A DNA stretch of 64,000 nt from Chiloscyllium plagiosum (Eukaryota), in NCBI RefSeq assembly GCF_004010195.1, contig NC_057719.1, positions 82,165,224 to 82,229,223 on the forward strand. The letters are read 5' to 3'. Of this stretch, positions 51,511 to 62,399 are shown one piece after another. Numbering within the stretch: the stretch's first letter is position 1; every line of letters begins with the position of its first letter. A program made the translations under genes and the position numbers. The notes under the pieces were generated by a model. It did no database searches, was not told the DNA's origin, and saw nothing but the letters and a program-made list of their open reading frames with translations.

Positions 51511-53380
51511 AGACTTTCCAGTCCATCTTTCAGACATACCTTGGGTTTATGATGAATGAAGGTCAAGGAGAGTATTTCTTTACAGCAGTGTAACACCCGA
51601 CTTTGTGAACTATTTTCTCTTGATCTTTCTTGAGCATGTGTTCCTACTTGCAGCCTCTCCTGAATATGTCACTAAAGAAGCTCCTGATGTCAATCGTAGG
51701 ATTGCATCTGAAGTTAATTGAGTATTTATCAAAACATAAGATGGACGTAAAGATAAAGGATATGTTTGATAAACTGTATGGAATGTACAAACAATTTATA
51801 CATGTCTGGCATGATTTTGGAACTGATACAAAGCAAATGTAATTAGTGTAACTGTCCAAATCAACAGAGTAAATTGGAAATATTCAGTATATTTTTCACA
51901 AGGACATCTATCATGTATTGAATGTGTATCTCAAAAGATGAACTGGATTATAAGTAGTGGAGTGGATATCTAACATGAACCATATATTGAATATGTATCA
52001 CAAGATGATGAGTGATCACAACCCTTGTCTTGTATTTAGTTTGTTAATTAGTAATTTGTTACGTTCCAAAATCTCCATTGATTCAGTGTTAGCATCTTTA
52101 TACTGTCATGTAAATGAGTATCCCTTTTCTATGGGTTTTATTGAGTACATGATGTTTGCTCTGTGACTAAATAATTGACCTGAGCTGTCCAAATGGACTT
52201 TTACTTTCCAGCTTTAAAAAATGGCATTCCAGTCCCCACATTTTATACAAAAAGAGGCAATGTTTCAACCGTGTCTATTGCACATTGCATTCTTGAAAAT
52301 AAAAAATTAACCACTTTTGGATTTCCAAAAGCCATTGCCCTTTGTAATATCCCTTTCTCCTTTCAACATGTCTCACCACAGTTACCATCAAAGTGTGCCA
52401 GTGATCTGAGGCCACTTTAGTGATTAAACCCATCACCTTCCTCTGATCTGTTGTGTTAAAATGCACCACAAATATAATTGCTGCATAGCAGTGTTGAGTT
52501 GATAGTTTACTGCATTCTGTATTGTCTAGTCTACAATGCTGTAGCTTCAGCAATGACTAAAACTAAAATCTTATCCTTGTGTTCAAACCTTTGCACCATC
52601 TCACCCTTCCCTTTTACTTTAACCTTTTCTAAGACTTGCAGAATCTCTGAATTTATTTAGCTGTCTCAGCCTGAAATTCTGAAGTCATCTCCCTAGACCT
52701 CTCTACATATCTTGTATCCTTGAAATTTGCTCCTAAAACCAAGCTTTCAGTCACCTGTCTTAATACCAGCCACTAAAGGATCACTTGACAGCACTTCTGC
52801 GAAAGACCTTGAAACTTGTTTCAAATGCTAGTTGTTAATACAGCTTTAATTAAGTTGACTGTGAGCTTAGCTTATACAAGAGCACCCATCTACGTGGGAA
52901 TAGTTGATTGACTCGCTTTCCAAGTGGTCCCTTTGTGCAAGCATGATGTCTACTTGGCAAGAGATATATCTTTGTGGATAGGATGTCACTGTGCACTTAC
53001 TCTATGGTCAAAGCCGTTTCTCAAACAATCTGGTTGACTGTAGAGTTCAAGCTTTAACTTGGTCTCAGTAAGAATCCTGAGGCTAATGTGTATCTTATTT
53101 ATATGAATGAATGGATCATACCTTTTAAAGGTTGTGAGGTTTCTTTCCTCAATTACCCCCACCCCAAACCCCTCTAAACAACTTGCCTTTCATATTCAGA
53201 CAATGCCCTTTGCTGTTGACTTTCAACAAGGGGCACAATGCTCGCAATTAACCCTGTGGACTTACTGGGTCAAATGGCCTGTTTCCACGCTGTAGGGATT
53301 CTTCTTCTTCGAAGTAAAATGCCATCGTTCCGGAAGATGGGAATGGGGTTTCCAGTGGAAATTAAGAAATAGTGTCAAAA

Positions 53381-53703
53381 GGGTGGCTGAGTGGTTAGCA
53401 CTACACCCTCAGTGCTAGGGGCCCGGGTTTGATCCCAGCCTCTGGTGACTGTCTGTGTGGAGTTTGCACATTCTCCCCGTGTCTGCGTGGGTTTCCCCCG
53501 AGTGCTCTGTTTTCCTCCCACAATTCAAAGATGTACAGGTCAGGTGGATTGGCCATGCTAAATTGCCCGTAGTATTAGGCGCATTCATCGGGGGAAATTT
53601 AGAGTAATAAGGGAATGGGTTTGGGTGGGTTACTCTTCGGAGGGTTGGTGTGGACTTGCTGGGCCAAATGGCCTATTTCCACCTGTAAGGATTCTTCTTC
53701 TTC
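53381..53703 (+). mobile_element. HE1-type V-SINE (preceded by an extra HE1 3' fragment at ~53255-53310)
   Basis: Family similarity; both pieces end in ggattcttcttcttc. Confidence 0.85.
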
Positions 53704-53739
53704 AATGGGGCACAAGGCTTCCTGTTAACCCTGTTCATG

Positions 53740-55150
53740 CCCCTCACAATCTTATGCACCTCAAGCAGGTCACTTCTTGGTCTTTGCTTGAAAGAAAACA
53801 ACTCTAGATTACCCAGCCTCTCTTCATAGCTAAACCACTCCATCCTGGGCAACAGCTTAGTGAATCTTCTCTACATCCCCTCTAGCACAATCTTTCTTAT
53901 AGTGCAGTGACCAGAACTGTGCACAATACCCAGTTGTAATGTAATCAAAGTTCCGTACAGCTTCAACATAACCTCCGTGCTCTTATAATCTTACTCTAAG
54001 TCATAAACGCAAGTGTCGCGTATGCTGCCTTGACTGCCCTACTAACCTGTCCAGATGCTTTCAGGGATCTGTGGATAAGTACCTCAAGATCCCACTGTTC
54101 CTCTTATGTCCTGCCATTCATTGGGTGAATACTCCCTTATATTTTATTTGTCACTTCCGCCTGTCACCTTTTTCAGGATTAAATTTCATATGCCACTGAT
54201 CTGCCCATCTGACCAATCAGTTTATATTCTCCTACAATGTCAGACTTTCTTCCTAACCATTGACCACTGTATAAAAAGGGAATTGGAAAACATGTATTAA
54301 AACTACTTTTTTTCAAAAATAAAAATGTGCAAGGAAAATTAGTGGGACATAAAGAAAACCCTTGGCCCTCCTGATCCATGTCCTAGAGTGTTGAAAACTG
54401 TCTTTTGAGATGACCAAAGCATTGATGGTCATCTTTTAAAATTCTGTAGACTCTGGAATGACTCCCTGCAGATTGGAAAGTGGCAAATTTAACTCCACTC
54501 TTCAAGAAAGGAGGGAGGGAGAAAACTGAGAAAAACCAATCTGTTAGCCTCGCATCAGTCATCAGGAAAATAGAGTTTGTAATAAAGGATGCAAGAACAG
54601 GGTACTTGCATATATTAAAAAAAATTGAAGGAGTCACTCTGGATCTATGAAAGAGAAATCACGTTTAACAAGTCTTTGAACCTAGTAGATTAGCTTGGGG
54701 GAACCAGTGCATGTGGTCTATTTAAATGATTTCAGAAGGTTTTTGATAAGCTCTCTCACAGGAAATTAACAAACAAACTTTGGGCACAAAGCATTGGGAG
54801 CACTGGAAAGAGTTTAAAAATTGCTTAACAGAAAGCAGACAGTAGGGGGAGAGTCTAGATCAGGGAACCCACAGTCTCAAAATAAAGGGCAAGCTATTTA
54901 GGGTTGAGATAAGGAGGGATTTCTTTGCTTCAGATGTTGTGAACCTTTGGAATGCTTTGTCTTAAAGGGCTGTGGAGACTCTGTTATGGAGATATTCAAG
55001 ACGGAGATGAGTAGATGTATAAATATTAAAAATTTCAAAGAATTCGGTGCAGAAAAGTGATGTTGAAGATGATGATCAGCCAGCATCTTTCTGAATGGTG
55101 GCATAGGCTTTAAAGGCTGAATGGCCTACTCTTGCTTCGGTTTCTATGTT
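53740..55150. mobile_element. CR1 remnants (- at 53740-54270; + at 54350-55150)
   Basis: gcagattggaaagtggcaaatttaactccactcttcaagaaagga (DWKVAN.TPLFKKG) and CR1 3' UTR. Confidence 0.75.
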
Positions 55151-55893
55151 AATAGTGTCCTGAGTATCAGGAACTTGATACTTCAGGACTGCAACTGGGA
55201 AGAAAACTGAGCCGTTTATAAAAGTTGCATACAATCCAAATAAATGATAGCAGCAGAGCAGGTCACCCAAGTTAAAGCATTAGGAATTGGAAGTGATTAA
55301 CACAAACCACCCGAGTTAAATGTATTTCAGATTTTATTTTTAAATTTAACTATTTGATCTTAAGCTGAAGGTGGCTGTTATCAGTCTCCAAGCGTCCTGC
55401 ATTAGATGTGGTTGTGAGCCTTCTATCAGCATCACTGACATCCTTGTTTCTCTCTAACGTCTGAGTGACCTTGTCACCACCTCCGTCCAAATATCCTTCC
55501 TTGTCATGTCAGCCTTACATTTGCACCATTTTATTGCTGGTCTCTGGAATTTGCTGGCAGACAAGTGCAGTATGTAATAACGTTCAATATACCTTCAAGA
55601 TTTCATATATTCTGTTTCAGGGATGGTGTGGTTGCTTTTTATGCCTTGATTAGCATGTCCTCTGGTTGAAATGGATTGCATTTTGTTTTCCTGCTTATAT
55701 CTATACCCTGAATGTTCACATTGGAAAGACCAATAAACCTTTTGTATAGTTGCCCTAAGGTAGTGGTTTTGGGCTGTCTCTGTAGTTTAGTGATTTGGTA
55801 CAAAATCATGATTTGTCAGGCTACATTGAAGGAAGTTTAAAAATTGATATAGATCTGAGGTCACATACAGGCCAGGCAAGTAATGTTAGCAGG

Positions 55894-56018
55894 AGAAATT
55901 GAGGACTGCAGATGCTGGAGATCAGCGCTGAAAATGTGTTGCTGGCAAAGCGCAGCAGGTCAGGCAGCATCCAAGGAGCAGGAGAATCGACGTTTCGGGC
56001 ATGAGCCCTTCTTCAGGA
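55894..56018 (-). mobile_element. Penelope-like mini-element, single arm with tail (copy 8); hammerhead core 55989-56016 (-)
   Basis: TSD aagtaatgttagcagg at 55878-55893 and 56019-56034. Inserted in a SINE. Confidence 0.87.
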
Positions 56019-56374
56019 AAGTAATGTTAGCAGGTTTTCAAATCTAAAGGATGTGTTAGCATTCTGGGTTTTATAGTAATCTGAAATTTCATGGTCAGTT
56101 TTGCTGATAGTAATCTTTTTAAATAAAATTCCTAAATTCAAATTCTCAAGTTGCCTTGGGAATAACACTTGTGTTATTTGGATCACTAGTTCAGTAACAC
56201 AAACTAGTAACAAACGCATCAGCGTTCCCAGCCAGACCAATCTAGTTGGTCACAGAGAAACCTAGTGATTCTCTGAAGGCAACTGAAGTTGCTAAGAGCA
56301 TTATGCAAGTTTGAGTGGTTATTAGGGCCTTCACCTGAGCCCACACTCATTAAAGTATTGCTTTCTTCCTGTAG

Positions 56375-56454
56375 GGGAACTTATGATGAGCCTTTACTGG
56401 TACTACAGGCCTGAGCACATCCAGGGAGGCAGAAATCCAAGCATTCACTGTGAG
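56375..56454 (+). CDS. BAHD1: BAHD1 coding exon 4 (BAH domain)
   Basis: Acceptor cctgtAG|gg and donor gag|GTGAGC; 80 nt, phase 1 to 0. Encodes (G)[26 protein letters not shown] with the BAH WYYRPE signature. Confidence 0.95.
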
Positions 56455-57664
56455 GTGAGCATCCACAACCTTCCCTACACAGTCTGTAGGCGTTCACTTC
56501 TAAATCCTCTGTCTCTGCCTCTTGCTCTGTGCCTCTGCTGCCCTGTACTGGCCTCCTGCCCTGCTCCTGCTCCTATCTCATCCTGCCCTCTGCCTCTTGC
56601 TATATTAGCCTTTCACCAGCCCCTGTTTCTTGCGTGTGCATATCTATATGTATATGTGTGTGTGTGTATACGTGCACTCGATTCAGCATTGTTTTGGCTT
56701 TTAGTCATCATTGGTGCTTCTTATTTTCAAACTATTGTGACTTTTTAAAATTTGTAATGAAACAATGAGGTAGAAGTCGCAAGTTTGTATGTTTAGTCTT
56801 GGTTTGATGATGCAAATGAGAAAATTCAAATGTATAAAGCGCGCTTTAACACATCCTGAAGTGCTTCACATCTTACGAATTTTGCAGTCTTGTTGATCAA
56901 CGCAACAACCATTTTTGAATGGAGCAGAATCCCAGAAAGTACAGTGCAATAATTGACATGTTGATCTTCATTGGCGCTGGAAAAATACCATGCTGTAATG
57001 TGGTGCCAACGAATCTAAATCAGAGCAAGGAGAGAGAGCAGTAGTTCCATGCCCATCTTGGAGGTTGGCATCACTAATAATAGAGCACTTATTTGAACTT
57101 GCGCTTTTGGTGGAGGAGTAAGAAACGGTTACCTATCAAACTTAGCAACACATTTTACTTTGCCTGTATCTTAGTGTGAGGTGGCTCCCTTGGGAAAGTT
57201 ACAGTCTCATTTTGCCAAAACATTTTATGATATGGTGATCTAAAGGATAATATCATTTGGAACTAAGGCTGGGGCTTCCTAGGAGGAGAGAATTTATCAG
57301 CTGCAGACATTGCATGCTGTTCATGAATCCAGGCACAGATGCAAGTTAAAGCATGATGGATAAATTCTTCAGATCAGAGGGCCTTCTGTAAAATATACTG
57401 TCTGATTGTTGATCAACATGAGGAAGACTTTCTTTATTTACCTTTCTTTAAATGATACTCACCTCTCCGTCTCCTCCCTCTCTGCATTTGCATCTTGTTT
57501 CAATTCAAGTTAGTATGATCCAGGGTTAAGCATACGAATGGGTATCTTAGAATCACTATGCTGCTGAATGGACTGGAGTACTAATGAGATGGAGAAGACT
57601 AAATAGACTAGTGCTTTTGTGTAGTGCAGGTTTTTAAAGTTCTGTCTCTACTTTTCTCCTACAG

Positions 57665-57756
57665 AATGAGATCTTCGCTTCTCGACATCAGGATGAGAAT
57701 AGCGTAGCCTGCATTGAAGAGAAATGCTATGTTTTGACCTTCTCTGAGTACTGCCG
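57665..57756 (+). CDS. BAHD1: BAHD1 coding exon 5 (BAH domain)
   Basis: Acceptor ctcctacAG|aat and donor gccg|GTGAGT; 92 nt, phase 0 to 2. Encodes [30 protein letters not shown](R). Confidence 0.95.
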
Positions 57757-59056
57757 GTGAGTAATTCTAGGCTTTCCGGCTCTGGTGCTAGAAAAATACA
57801 TGGAAATGGGACACCGTTGAAGCTGGATAGAGTGTCAAAATCTAAAGGCATTGTATGTAGAATAATCACTAGTAAATCCATATGGGATTTTAGGAGAGCT
57901 CAGAATTATTATCCAGAGCTTGGAATGTGGTACTGCCTAGCATGAATGAATGGCCTTGGATGTATTGACATGAAGGAGAAACCAGTACAAACAAAAACTG
58001 AAATGAAGTAATAGAAAGGACAGCAAATGAAAATACAAATAATCTGTTGTAAGAAGTTGATGAGCAGTTGGAAATAGATGAGCAGAGGGGACTCGAGACT
58101 GATGATTTTACTTTATTTACAGGTTTCTAAGTACAGTTTTGCTTGCGGAATCTATTCTGGCCTTTGGGCTTGCTCCACTATTCAGTGATATCATGGTTGA
58201 TCTGTATTTCAACTAAAATCCCAACAACATCCAATCTAGTCTTGAAAGCTCTAGGTTTTAAAAATTTCATTCATAGAATGGGGGCTTCGCTGGCTAGGTC
58301 AACATTTATTGCCCATCCCTAACTGCCCTATGTGCATTAGGAGTCAATCGCATTGCTGAGAGTCTGGAATCACATGCCAGCGAGACCAGGTAAAGATGGC
58401 AGGTTTCCCTCCCTAAAGAACATTAATGAAGCAGGTGGGTTTTTCCAGCAATTGACAACAGTTGCATGATCATTAGACTCCTAATTCCAGATTTTTATTG
58501 AATTCAAATTCCATCTATTACCCATCATTACCATTCAGTCTTTTGTGGCAGGCAATTTGTGTGAAAAAGTCCTGCTTGGTTTTTAGCCTGTGAATGGTTT
58601 GTTCCTAATTTTAAAATTGTCTCCTAGTTCTCAGCGTTTTCATGGGAAAGTATCATTTTAAGTATCTCAATCAGATTACCTCTCAATGTTCTAAAACCAA
58701 GTTAATGCAGTCTGACCTAAATAACTTTCCAGGTGCTGGTATGATTTTGGTGAATGAATTTCAGCACTTATTCAAAGGTTACTATCCTTCCTGTGTTTTT
58801 GTGTCCCAAACCCCCAGGATGGGGTGTGACCAAGGCTCTGCCCTGCTGAAATTTAACTTCCCCTCTTTGCATTCCAACCTCCTTAAGATAGACTGAATGG
58901 AAATGGTTTAAATTAGTTCTCTGACAGTGCTGAAGAGTGTTAATGTTATCGGGATCATCTGTGAGAGGTGTTAGTGAATACTAACGTAAATGTGCCCATC
59001 TGATGATGTACTTCTATCTTCATTTTAATTCCTGTTTCTCCCATGCTCTTCTGCAG

Positions 59057-59243
59057 GTTCTGTGCCTTGGCAAAATGGCGAGAGGAGGGGGCTCCCGATC
59101 ACAGACTAGTGGTCCCTCCCTCCGAAGAGTACTCCACTCCTCCTCACCGCAAAGTCCCTGAAAACACGGACCCAGATCTGGTCTTTATTTGCAGACACGT
59201 GTACGACTTCCGCCACGGCCGAACTCTTAAAAACCCGCAATAG
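59057..59243 (+). CDS. BAHD1: BAHD1 last coding exon (BAH domain C-terminus, TAG stop)
   Basis: Acceptor ctgcAG|g; 187 nt, phase 2 to stop. Encodes [61 protein letters not shown], matching the BAHD1 C-terminus. Exon sum 1591+392+160+80+92+187 = 2502 nt. Confidence 0.95.
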
Positions 59244-60210
59244 TATAGCACTTCCCGAATTCTATGGGAACTCAGGCTTAGAAAAGAACCAATATGATAT
59301 CAGAAGAACGCATATGATGGATGTTGACTGGAGTTATGATTCCACACAACCTTCCTGGTGGACAACGGACACACACTTCCTTTTGCCTTATGTACATAAA
59401 TTAGAGAAATTTTTAAGATCCGATCAATCACACTGACTGCATACCAAAGGACAGTGACCAATCTGAAAACTGGCTCCTGGAAAATAGCGCTGGTTTCTGC
59501 ACTAATCAATTTGATAATGTCATCATGACACTCGAGCCACTTTTCTCATGCTCGTTCTCCATCACCACTAATAACGGGTCCTGCTCCCAAGCGAGTGATG
59601 ACCCACTTTGCGAATTTTAAAAATTATAAACAGTAACAAAAAAAAAATTGCACTTGTATTCCAAACTGATCTCTTTCTTAAATAACCCTAGCCCGATTTT
59701 CCATTTTGGCAGATAATGCCAGCACTTAAATGTTTACGTCTGAATTGGGATAACATTCCAAATTCGTTTTCTCTTCCCTCTTTTTGTTTTTAATATTATT
59801 TCAAAGATAATTACTTGTTGGAATTAAATTTCATAAAAATTGTATTGAGTTTTGAGAAAGAAAATTTAATATATGATTTAAGTTTGATATGTTTGAAGAG
59901 ACTGTTTTTTAAAAAACAAAGTTCATTCTCTACTGATATCCTGATGTTTTCACTTGAAAGGTTTTAATAATGTTTTGAAGTGTTAGGCCTGATGGCCACA
60001 TAGAATTAAAGATGTTTCTGCCAATACCATTGGAATTTATTTCTGCCATTTCTCCCATTATTCAACACCACAACTCAAGATCTTGTCTATGATTTACTAG
60101 AAAAGCCCAGTAGTCTTTTTTTTCTTCTTGAATCGAAAATGGTCATTATCACAGGTAAAAGTCTGACCACCAAACATTAACTTAGCATTGGTAGCGTATA
60201 TTAGAAAACC
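59244..60210 (+). other. BAHD1: Probable BAHD1 3' UTR (end not determinable)
   Basis: Repeat-free, increasingly AT-rich sequence after the stop. ATTAAA near 59823 and AATAAA near 60374 and 61443 are candidate poly(A) signals only. Confidence 0.5.
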
Positions 60211-60214
60211 TGGG

Positions 60215-60600
60215 AAAGTTCTGCACTTATATAACATCTTTCAATGTATTGCAAAGTACATTGCAGCCAATGAATTACTTTTCAGTTGGTGCTGTAATAC
60301 TGGAAACAGCAGCACAGTAAAATGTCACAGACTGCAATGTGATGATGGTCAAGTATGATCTGTTCATTGAGCAATAAATGCAAATAAAACAGCCCCTGCT
60401 GCTCTTGCTAGTGTGGGGGATCTTTCCTTTCCAACTGAGAGTGCAGATAGAGCCTCTACTTTGCATCTCCCCTGTAAGATGGAGAATCCAACAATGCAGC
60501 ACTCCCTTCACACTGTACTGGGCTATCACTCTGGATTATGTCTGGAGTGAGGCTTGAAAACGACTTGGTGACAAGTATGAATGAACTAGAACTGACATTT
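60215..60600 (-). mobile_element. SacSINE1-like Deu-domain SINE, in or just after the BAHD1 3' UTR
   Basis: cagcccctgctgctctt...ggatctttccttt..ctgagagtgcagatagagcctc...caatgcagcactcccttcacactgtactg core. Confidence 0.65.
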
Positions 60601-62399
60601 GAAGATTCAAAATAACATGCAAAACGCTGGTCAAAAACCTGACTAAATTCAAAATGGAGGAAAGGTGGGTTAATCTTTGCTGGAACCGGAAGACCAGTAT
60701 ACAACTGATCAAAACAGAGGGGGAATGGATAACGAAGAGAAAGTTGACCACTCACATTAAAGTCTGCTCTCTGAATATCACCTAGTCATTTTTCTAAAAA
60801 TATTTCCATGAAATGGTTTCAGGTTCTATTTCCTAGATGCTGCTGCTGTACACTGGAGGGAAGAAAAATATTGTATGATTTGCAATCTTAGAACAGGAGA
60901 GTTGTGAACACAATTGGGGGAAATATACCAAATGGAATGGTGACTGAAATTTCAAGGAGAGGAAGGGGATGTGTTATGTAACTTAAACCTGTAAAAAGTT
61001 TACATACTTAATGAATGACTTAGTTCCAAGGAGTTAAAATTTAAATTAAGCCAAGGATATGTACACATTCTTTTGTGTGGATAGACTAGGCACAATGATG
61101 GAACAGTGATGATCTATTGCCTACACTGCTGTGTTATTTGAGAATTTCAAAACACTTGCATGTACTCTGGATAGGGGCTGTATAGAGATACAGCGGTGCA
61201 GATAGCCTGAGAATTTCCCAGATATGTTGCAAAAAGGGTAACCTCAAAACTACAGAGTACAGAGGTTTAGTAAGCAAATGGCCATCGGTTGGCTGGGGAA
61301 AGCAAGGGAAGTGTTTCATTCTAACAGGTTTTTAATAATGAGTGATCAGACTAGAGATGTGCAGCTTATGTTTGCATCCATTGCTTCATTGGTCAAATGA
61401 CAGATGGAGGTTGGTGTTGGCTGAAAGGGTATGTGTGCTTGTAATAAAGTGTGAAAAGGCAGTTCTTGTAGGGATTTGTTAGTAAGAGTGTGTTTCTGAA
61501 TCTGCCAATCTGAGTCCTGCACTCAGTTGCCTCCCTACTGATCGGGCATCACTGGGTGCGGAACACTTTGAAGGTTGTAAGAACCAATGATGTCTGAAAG
61601 AGAGAGCTGGTGGTCTTGGAATCAGACCATCTGGAGCTTGGTAGGAAATGAAAGTGCAGGACTTCACATTTGCTCATCTATAGATTAATCCCAGTTCTAT
61701 GTGGCTGTTGGGAATAGAAATGGAATAAAACAGAATAGTATGTGGCTAGATAAATAAAGTAGAGGGGAATGACTTCAGATTCCTTAGGCATTGGAATATG
61801 TTCTAGTCAAGGTAGACCGGTTCCACCACAGCATGCTTGGGACTATCTCTCCCTGCGTGCTGCCAGAACGGCTTAGTTTTTTTAGAACTAATGCCTTTTC
61901 TTCAGATCTCCAAATTCGCAATACTTTTATGTGCTTGGGATCAATATCCTTGCAGACGACAGTTTCTTTAAATTGTAATAGAAATTAATTTGGAAAGGGC
62001 CCCTGAAAAAATATTTGAAATGTGACAACAGGATTGGGAAGGTAATGAAGAAAAGAGCAGATTAAAGTAGGTGGTGGTGAGGATCAGGTAGGAGTAGGAC
62101 GTAGACAAAGACTGGTTTGAATGTGTTCAGGGAGAGTGAAAATAAGATTGGGTGCAAATAATCATATAGGAGTACGAAGTAGTAATAAGTGGGGTTCAAA
62201 TAAATGAAGAATTTGTACTTTTGGATGCAAGTTATTTAAGAAAATTTGGATAGGATGAAAAGATTAAAGAAGCAATTTTAACATTGAATGGGATCCTTTA
62301 CTGGAAATATCAATTTTCCATTGATTAAGGAACAACAGAAGTACCTTTACTAGTTGGGTGGGGGCAAAAGACCATCATGATGAAAAAACAGATGGTGGG

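Noticed and set aside
56455..56768. Hydrophobic/Cys-rich extension of ORF 56383-56748 as a membrane isoform
   Set aside because: Follows a consensus GTGAGC donor and is CT-rich and (TA/TG)n low-complexity intron sequence. It would truncate the BAH domain, and nothing supports retention.
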